From positions 44,640,001 through 44,704,000 of the forward strand of contig CM060731.1 of the NCBI GenBank assembly GCA_030704615.1: 64,000 bases of DNA. The letters run 5' to 3'. The DNA comes from Takakia lepidozioides. Lineage: Eukaryota; Plantae; Bryophyta. The notes under the pieces are model-generated. The model worked only from the letters and a program-made list of their open reading frames with translations. It searched no databases and was not told the DNA's origin. Both the position numbers and the translations under genes were made by a program. This document shows positions 25,570-38,022 of the stretch, in pieces. How positions within the stretch are numbered: position 1 is the stretch's first letter; each line of letters starts with the position of its first letter.

Positions 25570-28500
25570 ATGGCTGCTACTAACGGGAAGTCTGGACCCC
25601 TTCTTATGTTTCTGGGTTGTCATAGTCTTCCTTTCATCTCTCAAAAATGCCTCCCTTGTCTCAGGCCATCTCTCTGCCTTGTCAATCCATTTCTGGGTTA
25701 TGTGTCGTCCTCACTATTCCTCATCAGGCACCCTCTTCTCGCTCTCAAACCCACTCCGCCTGGTCCTATGTATCTGGCATGCATCACCGTGTGATAGCTT
25801 TGAATTCTCTCACACAGCCTGGCGTGGTTCCTCTCTCGCATACAAGCGTCTTCAATTCTCCTCCTCCCCTCCTCGCAATCTTTGAATATTCCTATAATCG
25901 CTGCAGGACTAGCTACAAAAGACTGCTAAGGGCGAGTTTGGAGTGTGAATGTATGTCTGGTGTCCCTCAGTGTCCCCGGTATGCTCTCCGTTCCTATCTC
26001 TTTGGTGCCGCAATTCTTTATGCACTCTGCGTGTATAATGTCGTACTCAATCTCTCTGGTATGATGTTCATTTTAATGCTTAATCAATCCGTGACCTGCC
26101 CTTGGGTAATCTGCAAAGACTTCCATATCCTGGTAGGCTAGCTCAAATCCAGCTGAAGGAAAGCTTCTGTGTAAGGTGTACCATGAGTATTGTATTTGGG
26201 GGAGATGACACGCATGTGCGACATCACCCGCTAATTGATGTTAGTTTTCCAGCTGTATGGAAAATGAAGAGGAGACACCATTCAAAACAGTAAGTTTGAA
26301 TGGTGAGGGCCTTATACGGCGGCGTACATTTGGGACTGGCACAGTAGCAGGGGTGGCAATACTACCATTGGTAGTGGAACTTCCAGGTACTCTTTTGCAG
26401 GTTTGCTACTTATCTTACTGTTTATATACTACATCCTACCATCCTAAGTTCTATACAGAGCACGTGTACCTCACTTCCTCCTTTATATTACGGTTGATGA
26501 ACCTTGGATAGGTTATGAAGACGAACCAATTTGAATTCCATTCTGTGTTTATCAATATTGTATCGATTTGAAGCCTCCAATGCTTAAATTGCATGCTAGA
26601 ATTGTGGACAATTTCAGGAAATTTTTCTACCATTCAAAACTTTAAGAGTCAATTCAGAGAGCAGTACTCGTCCAGAGCTGTTAATAACTCAGGACTGATT
26701 TCAATAGTCGTTCTTACATGAAGTGAACATATTCCTCAGTTCTTACTGTTTTATTCAGTGTTCTCTTGATTTTCTCATAATAAATATCAGAAACCCTCCA
26801 TCTACCTTCTCAGACATTAAAAGAAAGGTATCCCTGATTGACATTTTTCTTATCTGTTCTTGCTCATTGCTTATTATGAATGTTTTTGGAGTGTGTAGTT
26901 CTGAAATCACATTTTCTATGACTTGCAGCAATGGCACTTGGTGATTCGACAGTGACCATTGAAGAAGTTACCCCGCCCATCGCTCCCTCAGGCAAACTAC
27001 CTTCTGCTGAGGTACCTTTAGCACATTTTGATTTGTTGCTTATCTATCACTCTGATCAACATAACGGAGTGTGTCTCGTGGGGAGAGAGGGAGAGAATGT
27101 ACTCAGAAGACTTTCGTAGCCTCGGACTTAGATTCAGATCCTTGAGAATCTCTTCTACTCTCTTCCGCCAGGACTTAGCCTGTCTGACAGGGCGATCCTG
27201 CTTCCAAGATATAGAGTCGGCAACTTGGGATATCTGATATTTGTCATATGTTGCAACTGGCCCCACCATGTGACCTTGAATTCATCTCGTCGGGAGCTTA
27301 AGGGAAGGATGCCAAACTCACCCCGAACAGCCACATTTGGCTGTTTGGAGCATGCTGACATGCACTCCTTAAGCACTTCCACTTGAATGGATTCTAGAGA
27401 CTTAGCCTGGTTGGAGTACTGCAGATGCGTACTCCAAGGCAGGCCTAATAAACCAGCAAAGAATGGTTTTTCTTACTACACAGTTGATCCCTCTGCAGTG
27501 GAAAATTTAGTGAGACCCGATGCTTTGCACTTACCAGATTGAACAACTTTTTGAATATGTGTATCCCAATTACAGTTGGAGGAGAACTCAACACCAAGGT
27601 ATGTGTAGGAAGGGAGGACCGGAATCTCTTGGATTCTGAGAGAGAGACAGAGAGAGAGAGACCCTAGGCATCCCTATGCATTAGGGATTCCAGATGAAGC
27701 ACAGTGGGGTGGCAGCATCACTTGAGAAAGGTCATCTAATAACCATTGGACAAACTATGCACAATTATGTAGCAACTGGCACAAGGCAATGCCACATTAC
27801 CAGCTAGGATTATGAGATAAGGTGGTGCATGGTGGACTATGTGGTAGGAGTGCACTGTGGAACTGTTTGAGCGCAACACCTACTCAGTTGTCAATATATT
27901 TGATGTCACTCTACGGCCACAAGTCAACATGACGGGCTCCGTTGAGGTGCGGTACCTCTCTGTTTGTTTTCTCTCCCACTCCTTTCCTGCTCAGCGCCCC
28001 AAAGTAGCCTGAGGATGGATGTATGGTCACACTTTTAACTGTGGAGGCACAAATGGTGTGGCTGAAGGGATGAAGTGGCCTGGTGCCTTCAGATGCAATT
28101 AAACGCATCCACATTGCCACATGTAAATGTTTGAGGAGGGCCCATGTGAGAATTACAGAGGTTTATTCAAAGTGAGTTGTCTTCTTCATAATGTTACGTC
28201 TAAAATCTGTAAGCTTACCAAAGTACTTAGACAGGCTTGGTTGTAGGTTGCAAAGAATTTTTTGATTGAAGTTGTGGATTGCTCGAGGACTGGGGGGACT
28301 TAATGCACCCATGTGGGGATGGTGGATGGTGGGGTTTGAAGGTTCCAGAAGGAAATGGAACAGGCATTATCTGGGACGCTCAAGGCCATATTGTCACGAA
28401 TTTCCATGGTTGGTTTTGGTCTATTTTTATCACTTTCCGTTGATGTCTGCTTTCTGTTCCCATCCATCTCACCTGCATCTTTGATCATACCTATGAACTG

Positions 28501-31279
28501 CATACCTATGAACTGCAGAAATATCCAGCTTACCGTGTGTCATACCACAGTCAACCAGGGGTGGAGTTCATCATTGCAACATTAAAGCAAAGATATACCA
28601 AATTGTCTTACCTCCTCTGTACATGGCTATATGACCAAGTCTTTACTTTTTCTGAGGTTGCAGTGATTGGAAGCTCGCTAGCACAAAATCCACCTCCTGG
28701 AAAGGTTGTTGCTCGTGTCACCCTGCTTGGTGCTGATGGGTAAGCTCCTCCATGCTTGACTCACATCTGTATTTACACACAGGATACCTGCAGGGCTGAC
28801 ACCTATAATCAGCTCACTGCTCTTTTCCTCCATCTTCTCACTTTTAGGATCCTGGCAAGTCATTTTTGGTTCAGTAGACGTTTCCGAATTGTGCTTGCGG
28901 TTTACTGATTAGGCACACAGGGACTCATTTGTGATAATTGCCTTGACCATAAATAGGGAGTAGATCCTGAGATGGCCCCTGGGAATGGTAGGTTTCAGAA
29001 GAACTTGGAGGCAAAGTTGGTAGGCGCTGACAAGACCAAAGACCTTGCTGTCCTCCAGGTATGAATTCTTGCACTCCCTTTCTGTTTTTGGAGATAGAGA
29101 GATTTGAAATTTATCATTCTGTCTCTCTTTTGGGCACATGCCTGGAAAAAGCTATATCTGTTCACCTTGGGGAGGGGGAATCTTACCATACAGATCTGAC
29201 AAAAATGTCTTGCTCATTTAGGTGGATCTTTACCTCCTCTTGATTAGGGATCTCTTAGTGATTGGCATGGTCTTGACTGTCCTCACTCCTAGAGATCATG
29301 AAAGATTGTGCTAAGACTGGATGTACCAAGCACTATGGCCTTCCTATATGACACATTGCTATTAGGCAGACTCTGTAATCAGGAAGAGCCCAACTGTTGC
29401 AGGACGTGTCGAGGAAAGATAATGCTCTGTGACATATTGTTCCTTAAAATGTCCCGTCATAGGACTTTCAGACTCCATAATGGGTTGTTGAGGAGTTGTT
29501 GGCCTTCTGAGCATGTTTTGACATGGACAAGGTACACTTTCTGTGATAGGTGGATGCCCCGATTGAGCTTCTACGGCCTGTCAATATAGGGCAGTCTTCA
29601 AAGCTCAAAGTAGGACAACGCTGTCTGGCCATTGGGAACCCCTTTGGTTTTGACCACACATTGACAGTAGGAGTTGTGAGTGGGTTGAATCGAGATATCT
29701 TCAGCCAGACTGGTGTGGTCATTGGGGGCGGTATACAGACTGATGCTGCCATCAATCCCGGAAACAGGTACATTCTCCTGCTTAGGCATGAATGTCTTCT
29801 GAGGCGGGAGAGAAGGGAGAAAACTGGTATGAGGCACCAGGGAGAGGTTAAGAATGTTATGTGAAGCGGATTCTGGCATTTTGAAAGTTTCATGCAATTA
29901 ACTGTGCAAAGTTGACATGTGCAGTGGCGGTCCTCTTTTGGACTCAAAGGGCAAATTGATAGGTATCAACACGGCAATTTTCACTCGCACAGGTCAGTGT
30001 GGTCAACCTGAAATTAATAACTTCCAAATTTGTTTTTACCCTCTCATTTTGCCTATGGAATCAGATGGTTTTACTACGTCCTAATCCTTATTTGGTGATT
30101 TTTTTCTTTACGAAATACAGGGACATCAGCAGGAGTGGGGTTCGCTATCCCGATAGACACTGTTGCCAAACTTGTCCCTCAGCTGATTGCATACGGAAAG
30201 GTAATAGTCTACCATTCATTTTTCTTATTGTAACCCTGCAAATGTGATCAATTGTCAGTTAGACTCCCAACAAGGTCAGCCCACCAAACTGACATTTACA
30301 TTTTTTCAACCTTTCTTTGATTTGAAAGGCATGATTACGGTAAGTATGATCTTTGCGGGACCTCCATCATACTTTGGAACTTGCAGTCAGATGGTAAGCA
30401 GGATGGAAGCATCGTTGGTGGTGCATATAGGTTATGCGTCCAGGATTGAATGTGCAATTTGCACCCGAATCGGTGGCCAGACAACTCAACATCTGGAGTG
30501 GTGCGCTTGTTCTCTCAGTAAGTCTATGTGCTAACGATCTATGTAGTTCAGTCCCAACTCAGTATACCTGTTTCTCAAGTGTAGCATGCTTTGATCACTA
30601 TGAAGAGAGATAGATATGTCAGTGCATAAATGGTATTCAAGTTGTTACCTTGTGCCCTACACATGTTATTACACAGTGGCATTTGCAAGAGAGAGTCTTT
30701 GAGCGGTCATCATGGCTTGCAACATTGTGGTGGTTTATGAATGGCAATTATTCTGGAGCATCTGGTGTTATGTTGCACAGGCTGATCAAAATTACCTAAG
30801 ATAAAAACATTTGTTTTGGAAGGTGCCGGACACAAGCGCTGCGGCTAAGGCTGGGCTTAATCCAACAAGGAGAGGACTGGCTGGAAATATCATTCTTGGT
30901 GACATCATTGTCGCTGTAGGAGAATCTATGGTAGGCTACCATCGATTTACTGTGTTGTCCTTCCACAACCTTTTCCTTTCATCCCGATGGAAAAAATTGG
31001 AACTTCTTGACAAACTTTGAGCAGGATTGCCCAGATGCATCTTCAGAAGGCATCGTTGCTTGAGCCCAGGAGTATGTTCATGTCGCTTCACAACTAATCA
31101 TCCCAGTTGTGAAGCTTGCCTAGTCATATAACACTTTTCTTTGGTGGCAGGTAAAAAATGCACAAGAGCTGGCCAAAGTCTTGGATGGTTACCAAGTAGG
31201 CAACCAGGTGGTGCTGAAAGTCCAACGGAAAGACTCAATTGTGGAGCTGGCCTTTACTCTGGAAGAAAGCCTGCGGTAA
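25570..31279 (+). CDS. DEG8: Thylakoid lumen Deg/HtrA protease DEG8. Exons include 26253-26387, 26929-27011, 27848-27946, 28342-28408, 28664-28739, 28992-29058, 29550-29767, 29925-29992, 30121-30200, 30431-30517, 30823-30930, 31151-31279. First exons and start uncertain
   Basis: Twin-Arg IRRRTF and AMA|LGD cleavage site; [20 protein letters not shown]; triad TNFHV, KDLAVL, GNSGG; [27 protein letters not shown]; PDZ region [12 protein letters not shown]. Confidence 0.92.
27097..27632 (-). mobile_element. 5'-truncated, internally deleted RTE/RTEX-like LINE copy in a DEG8 intron
   Basis: Homologous to about 48089-48588, joined directly to the family 3' end (ggctacg..gtcttctgagtacat). (TC)-rich flanks on both sides. 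Confidence 0.85.
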
Positions 31280-32301
31280 TCCTGGGTTTCAAAACACTAC
31301 ATGCATCATATATTCAATTACATGCCAATCAGGCCTCCCTCCATCTTTGATGAGGAAGGGGTTTGTGGGACTCCAATGTGAGTTACTCCTTTTTCTTTGA
31401 AAAGACGTGTGTCTGCAGGCATGTCCTTTCCATCCATTTCTTCCCCAGATCAATGGAATAGGTGGGGATTTCTGAAGTCTGACAAGATATTGGACATGTA
31501 TTTATTGCTTGTATTCTTGAAGTAATTGAGAAAGGCATCAGTTGATAATATCTGTAGCTGGTCATTTTTTGGAGCTCGTCTAGATAACCTATGGAAGTCA
31601 GTACATCATGGTTTGTATTTGTCAATATGTCACCCTTGTGACAGTCCTTTCCCTACAGAGCAGACAGGTAAGTTGTGTGTAAGTGATGTAATTCACTGCC
31701 CTCTACTAACAGCCTCCTACCTTGTGTTGGTAATCATATCCCGAGCATATCCCAGCACAAAGGGAACCATACATCTTCGATGTTGGTTGGTAGGCGTGGT
31801 CCTTCTGTCACGATCAAACTACAAATAGTAACTGCTAACAGACTAAGCACAAGCTCAGCAAGTTGACCTCCCAACCATGAGACCTCTATTGCTACTTGCT
31901 AATTGGTGCTGAATCTCTACTACTTCGGGAACCAACGAGTCCTTAACACGAGGGATGTGGCTACTAAACAAGAAGTTAGTAGGATTCTGGCTATTAATGA
32001 AGTGAGTGGAGAGTTGGTGTGACTATCTCCATCTCTGAAGCTCCCATCTTGTTGCCTCCTGGAGACTGCTCTTGAATTCTTGTTGTCATTTCTGGTATCG
32101 GAATACGAGTACAAAGACACATCATTTAGTCTGTGTTCAAGAAGTCCAGTTGCAGTTTAATATTAGTTAAGTACTTGGCCCTGTTCAGACAGTTGCACTT
32201 GAAGAAATAAAATATAGAAGCTGCACCTAGTTTACTGCCGGAATGGTTTCAACTAAGGCTTGTGTTGATGCTTTGGATCAATGATCGGCACCTAAAATTA
32301 C

Positions 32302-32460
32302 CTGATACTTCTTGAAGGAATGGTCCTGCTGTGCAACTGCTGGTGGAAGTTCATCACTTGATGGGCCAAGCTCTTCTTGTGCTACATACCGTTTGCGTGG
32401 CATAGCGCTGAGTGCAGTGCCTGGCAATGGTATCAAAGCGGGCACTGTTGTGCTTGTACT
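32302..32460 (-). pseudogene. Possible isolated exon of a UBC37/UBE2T-like E2 enzyme
   Basis: Bounded by tag|...cag|gtaa. Translates EYKHNSARFDTIARHCTQRYA, resembling the C-terminal helix of E2 enzymes. Confidence 0.35.
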
Positions 32461-32861
32461 CTACTCAAACGGATAACTGCATTCGCAAATTCTTGTTATC
32501 TTAACATTTGAAAGATGGTGAGAACCGCCAGTGTGGAAGTGCTCTCTCTCTCATATACAGTCGCCATTCTCGAATCAGATTAGTAGTAAAGGCAGAACAG
32601 ACGGTCATCATTGGGGATGCAATGACTACAGCCTCATTACCCCGCAATGAGAGCAATAAACAACAATGGGAGAGGTACAGGGAGAAGGATCCCCATCTCT
32701 GGACACAAAAGACACCCGCAGCCGTGTGAGAGATTGATGGAAGACTATGACACCCTCTTCTACTCCACGTCTCGCAAACATGTAGCGAGCAGAGCTTCTG
32801 ACCGAGAGAGCCGTGGAGGCGGATATTTGGGCTGCGCGTGGGCCTCCCGACAGAGGCTCGT

Positions 32862-33004
32862 ATGGCCGTGGGGGTATTGGGGAGGTCAAAGAACTGCATT
32901 CGTGTGGGCAGGAGGTCTGGAGAAGGCAGTGCAATATGCCTACCGCGACCGAACATGCGTGGCCTCTGGATTCAACGCATCAATGCAGCACTCGTGAGCG
33001 CGGG
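32862..33004 (+). pseudogene. rpl20: Frameshifted relic of nuclear-encoded mitochondrial ribosomal protein L20 exon (also candidate exon 1 of the PPR gene)
   Basis: GRSKNCIRVGR, LEKAVQYAYRDR, MRGLWIQRINAA and TRERG in shifting frames, collinear with bL20. Ends at a GTGAGT donor. Confidence 0.85.
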
Positions 33005-35943
33005 GTGAGTTCCTTCTCACTGTTCCTCTCCATCATGGGCCCAATGGACTCATTTCTAGGTGTGACCGGGATTGCCATAGCGTTGGTTACCCAGTAATTT
33101 CTTGTCTCTTCTCCTTAGCGGAAGCTCTCACGTCATGCGCCAGGGCCTTTGGATTGAGAGAGGGTCAAATTCCCCTTTGGTGAAAGCACACGGAGCTGGC
33201 ATACCATGTCAAGCACAGCCTGGTGCCGGAGCGAATATGGATGTATGCCATGGAGCTCCAAGTGAACAACACAACAGGTACTGATTTGTTTTGATGGTTT
33301 TCACTCAAACTGCTACAGATTTAAGTTGTTACATGTACATGACGGTTGTGTTTTCTGCGAGTTTGAGTATCCCGTCTAGTAATTAGGATTTTTTAGTCCT
33401 GCAGGATGGCAAGGTTGAATCGGGAAGAGTTGTATGTTGGACATCAGACTGGCGGAAGGGGTAGCACCTCCACCACCGCCACTTCTTTTGAAAAAGACGG
33501 AGTCAACAATAAATTTTCTGCCTCTTTTGGCGAGGTGAGGACACTATGTAAGGCAGGACGATTGAAAGAGGCGCTGCACGTCTTGAACCAAACAATCATT
33601 CCGGCTGACTCCAATACTTATGTCTGTCTCCTGAAAGAGTGCATCAATATGCAAAGCCTGGCTGAGGGAAAGAAGGTGCACGCCCACATTAAGCAGAGTG
33701 GATTCAGGCCAAACATCTTTGTACTCAACAACCTTCTCAACATGTATGCCAAGTGTGGAAGTGTGGTGGCTGCACGTGAAGTGTTTGACAAAATTCCTGA
33801 ACGAGATAAATTTACTTGGACTATAATGGTGGCAGGATATGCTAGGCACGGCTGTGGTAGGGAGGCTTTCAAGATCTATGAGCAAATGCAACACGAAGGG
33901 GTGATGCCCAATAGGGTCACCTTCATTTGCATTCTCAAGGCATGTGGCAGCCTGGGAGCCCTTCAAGAGGGCAAACAGGTCCATGCTGACATCATCAAAG
34001 CTGGAATTGCTCCAGATATCATTCTGGAGACTGCCCTTGTCGATATGTATGCCAAATGCTGGAGCATGAAGGATGCACGCCACGTGTTCGACAATATGGC
34101 TCAAAGAAATGTTGTTTCTTGGAGTGCAATGATTGCAGGGTATACCCAGCAAGGGTGTAGTAGAGAGGCTTTTGAGATCTATGAGCAAATGCAACTGAAA
34201 GGTGTGACACCTGACAGGGTCACATTCATTTGCGTACTCAATGCATGTGCCAGGCTAGGAGCACTGGAGAAGGGCAAGGAGGTGCATGTGGACCTTGTCA
34301 AAGCTGGAATCCCCTTATGTGTAAGCTTGGAGAATGCCCTTGTGGATATGTATTCCAAATGTGGCAGCATAAAGGATGCACATCAAGTGTTTGATCATAT
34401 GGCTCAACGCGATGTGATCTCATGGAACTCCATGATGGGAGGATATGCTCAGCAGGGGCTTGGTAGCAAGGTTTTCGAGATGTATGAGCAGATGCAATGG
34501 GAAGGGGTGACACCTGGCAAGGTCACATTCATTTGCATTCTGAATGCCTGTGCCAGCCTTGGGAGCCTGGATAAGAGCAAAGAGATCCATACTGACATCA
34601 TCAAAGGTGGGCTTGTGCCAGATATTATGCTGGAGACTGCCCTTGCTCATGTGTATGCCAAATGTGGGAGCATGACAGATGCGCGGCAAGTGTTTGGCAA
34701 TTTGGCCTATCGAAATGTGGTCTCATGGAGTGTGATGATTACAGGATATGCTCAGCATGGGTGTGGTAGGGAGGCTTTGAAAATCTATGACCAAATGCAA
34801 CGGGAAGGGGTCATGCCTGACAAGGTCACGTTTGTTTCTGTTGTTAATGCGTGTGCCAGCCTAGGAGCACTGGAAAAGGGCAAAGAGGTCCATGCCGACA
34901 TCAGGAAGGCTGGAATTACGTCATACATTAGTTTGGAGAATAGCCTTGTTAATATGTATGCCAATTGCGGGAGCATAAAGGATGCTCGTCAGGTGTTTGA
35001 CAATGCGGTTCAACGAGATGTAGTCTCTTGGAATGCCATGATTGCAGGGTATGCTCGCAATGGGTGTGCTAAGTTGGCCCTCCAGCTATTTGAATTGATG
35101 CAACATGAGCGCCTGAAGCCAGATGGTATCACCTTTATATCAATACTCTCTGCATGCAGCCATGTTGGCTTACTGGATGAAGGCCACCACCACTTTGATT
35201 CCATGACTCGAGATCATGGCCTGACTCCTGCAGTGGAGCATTTTGGCTGCATGGTGGACCTTCTTGGCCGTGCAGGGCGATTGGACGAGGCAGAGGATTT
35301 CATCAATAGAATGCCAATTGAACCAGGTGCTCCGGTCTGGGGGGCCTTGCTTAGTGCTTGTAGAATTCATGGGAATTTGGGGTTGGCTGAATGGGCGGCA
35401 AAATGCCTTCTCAAGTGGGACCCCCAAGATGCGGGAATTTATGTGCTGCTGTCAAACATCTATGCTGCGGCTGGCAGGTGGGATGACAAAGCGAAAGTGA
35501 GGAAAATGATGGAGGACAGAGGCGCCAGGAAGGAGCCAGGATGCAGCTGGATTGAAGTGGACAACCAGGTTCATACATTTGTTGTTGAAGACCAGTTTCA
35601 CCCAGAAATTGGAGAAATTCATGCTCAACTGCAGAGACTGTCTGAGCCGATGAAGGAGGCTGGATACGTGCCTGACAACCGCTTTGTGTTGCATGATGTG
35701 GAGGGGGAGCAGAAGGGGATTTCTCTTGTCCACCACAGTGAGAAGCTGGCCATTGCTTTTGGGCTGATCAGGACACCCCCTGGGACGCCAATCCGCATCA
35801 TCAAGAACCTACGGGTGTGCGGTGACTGCCACACTGCAACCAAATTCATCTCAAAGATTGTTGCACGAACAATTGTTATGCGGGATGCCAACCGCTTTCA
35901 CCACTTCCAAGATGGGGTTTGTTCTTGTGGGGATTACTGGTGA
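32862..35943 (+). CDS. PLS-class PPR-E1-E2-DYW (DYW:PG) C-to-U RNA editing factor. Main exon 33405-35943, proposed upstream exons 32862-33004 and 33119-33277 (946 aa)
   Basis: 17 P/L/S motifs, PGCSWIE box, HSEKLA and CGDCH deaminase motifs, terminal DYW. Upstream exons splice in frame but are less certain than the main exon. Confidence 0.93.
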
Positions 35944-35952
35944 AACAAGCCT

Positions 35953-36185
35953 ATGTATGCAAAATGTGGCAGTATAAACCATGCACATCAAGTGTTCAAC
36001 AATATAGCTAAATGAGATGTGGTGTCATGGAGTGCAATGATCACAGGATATGCTTTGCATGGGGTGCAGGGTGGAGACTTTGGAGACATGAGCAAATGGT
36101 GCATGAGGGGCTGACACCCAACCAGGTTACGCAATTCATGTGCGAGCCTGGCAGCCCTGAAAAAGGGCAAAGAGGTTCATTGTGA
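35953..36185 (+). pseudogene. Degenerate S-P-L PPR motifs immediately after the DYW stop
   Basis: MYAKCGSINHAHQVFNNIAK*DVVSWSAMITGYALHG...ALKKGKEVH, with stop and deletions. Confidence 0.85.
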
Positions 36186-36239
36186 CACAACGAATGTTGG
36201 AATTGTATAGACAAATCAATTCTCAACTGGGATTCACAG

Positions 36240-36385
36240 GAAGATGGCCAGTAAGATCTACTTGAGGCAAGGAATTGGAGTGGGTGCAACAGGGTCAGAC
36301 CATCTCATTTCGTTAGTGGCTCCATTGCCAGCGACTGCCTGAAGCAGCTAGAAAGCATCGACCTTATTGAGAAGGATCCTAAGGG
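36240..36385 (+). pseudogene. RPS19: Isolated exon of cytosolic ribosomal protein S19 (eS19)
   Basis: MASKIYLRQGIGVGA..RVRPSHF.SGSIA...LKQLESIDLIEKDPKG between cag| and |gt, with internal deletions. Confidence 0.8.
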
Positions 36386-38022
36386 GTTTGTGTTTTGTGC
36401 TTCTTTTGAAGTGGAATTGTTCCATTCTTGAGAAAGGGTGTAAGTGGTGACTATGGTATTTCTCCCCCTGCCATTAGGGCTTTCTGCCAAAGCCGCAGTC
36501 CTTAGGGGAACTGTAATTGTGACACTTCAAATGATGTCCTCCTCCATCGTAGGGCAGTGTTATGGGGCTTGTGGATATGCTCTTTCCTTTCCTCCTTGCA
36601 AGGTTGGCATGGATATTTGGGTTTTGCTCAGTTGCAGCTACAGCATTTAAGATTACTTCGCTGTTGTGCAAACCAAGCAACAACAGAATAATTCTTTAAT
36701 GCAATGTTTTGAATGACAGAGGGAGGGGGCTAACGTCAAATGGCAGCGGGATTTGGACCAGGCCGCATTGCGGTTGCTGGTGCTAAAGTTGTCAGTTGTC
36801 TTGTGGTTGTATTCATGCCAAATTATCTTCAGCAGTTGGCTTGGAATGGGAACGTCCTGGGGTATTGCAATGTAAATGCCAGTTGCAATAGCATTCCTTT
36901 GTATTACATGTATATGGCTCTTCATTGTTGGTGCTGCAACACGACTTTTTGTGATGAGGTAGACAACAGGAATTTCTGTGTTGATCTGTTTCAAGTTCAT
37001 CTTGTAAGAGTTGGACGTGAGTCCAAAGAATTCTTCCCCGGTGTTTCGACTTTTTATGAAAGATTTTCTATCCTGGATTATGGAGATATGTGACCAAGAC
37101 GATTCTTTGATTTTGACCCCAGAAATAAAGTTGTCCTCATCCAAGCACCCTTCAAATACTGAAAATGGTGGAAGATGCTGTCTTTCAGACCTCCTTAGCA
37201 GGGCTCCACTCCGTAGGCTTGTCCAAACAACAGCAGTCCAGCTTCTAAAAGGTATCAGGCACAGTAAACTAATACATTCCTCTATTGACATCCATATACA
37301 GAGGAGGGTGGCATCAGAACTCACTTGGAGTTTTTAATAATGCCAAGTAAGACTACCACGTCACCGTGGTTCGCTATACGATGGAGGGCATGCTGCAGAC
37401 TGGTTGCTGTGAGTTCCATGTTTGCATCCATGACCACCACGATTCTCTACATGCCATCAATTCAACAGGTGAACATTGGAGTCAACCACTTCACCACATC
37501 AAACAAAAAAAGTCTGAGAGAGTACAAGATGACATCAAGTAGTCAAGAAGGAGGGGTCATTGACAGTTTCTTAACAATGAGGGACAATGCCTTTCAAAAA
37601 AACAAATGATGAAGAGAGAAATCAGCCAAACCTTGATATCGGCCATTTCAGACAGGAAACAAGAAGCCGGAATTTGAGGAATAGTATACAGAGAAGCTAC
37701 CAGAAAGGCAAACTTGCAACTCCGGTGTATGCAGGGAGAATTATTTACCTCAAAGTATCCCTTACTGACTTCAGAGTGTTGTGGATCCTTCCCTTTGAGA
37801 CGAAGATTGGATATAGTGCCAATTACAACCTGCCTGTAAGCTACCTCAGTCCAAACAAACTCCACACTAGCCATGGACTAGCATAAAGCAACAACACTAT
37901 GTAGGAGGCTTTCCCCATTCCCCCTGGTCTCTTTCTAGTTTTCTCATTTCACTTTTCATCCACAATATTCATCCCTATGATCCACAATTGCTTTCACACT
38001 AGGATCTCTACTTTGTATATAT

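Noticed and set aside
33544-35891. Several antisense ORFs over the PPR gene, and similar ones over the LINE and DnaJ exons
   Set aside because: Shadow frames of real coding sequence
36653-37324. 223-aa minus-strand ORF and nearby ORFs to 41100
   Set aside because: No recognisable motifs; likely decayed repeats or fragments
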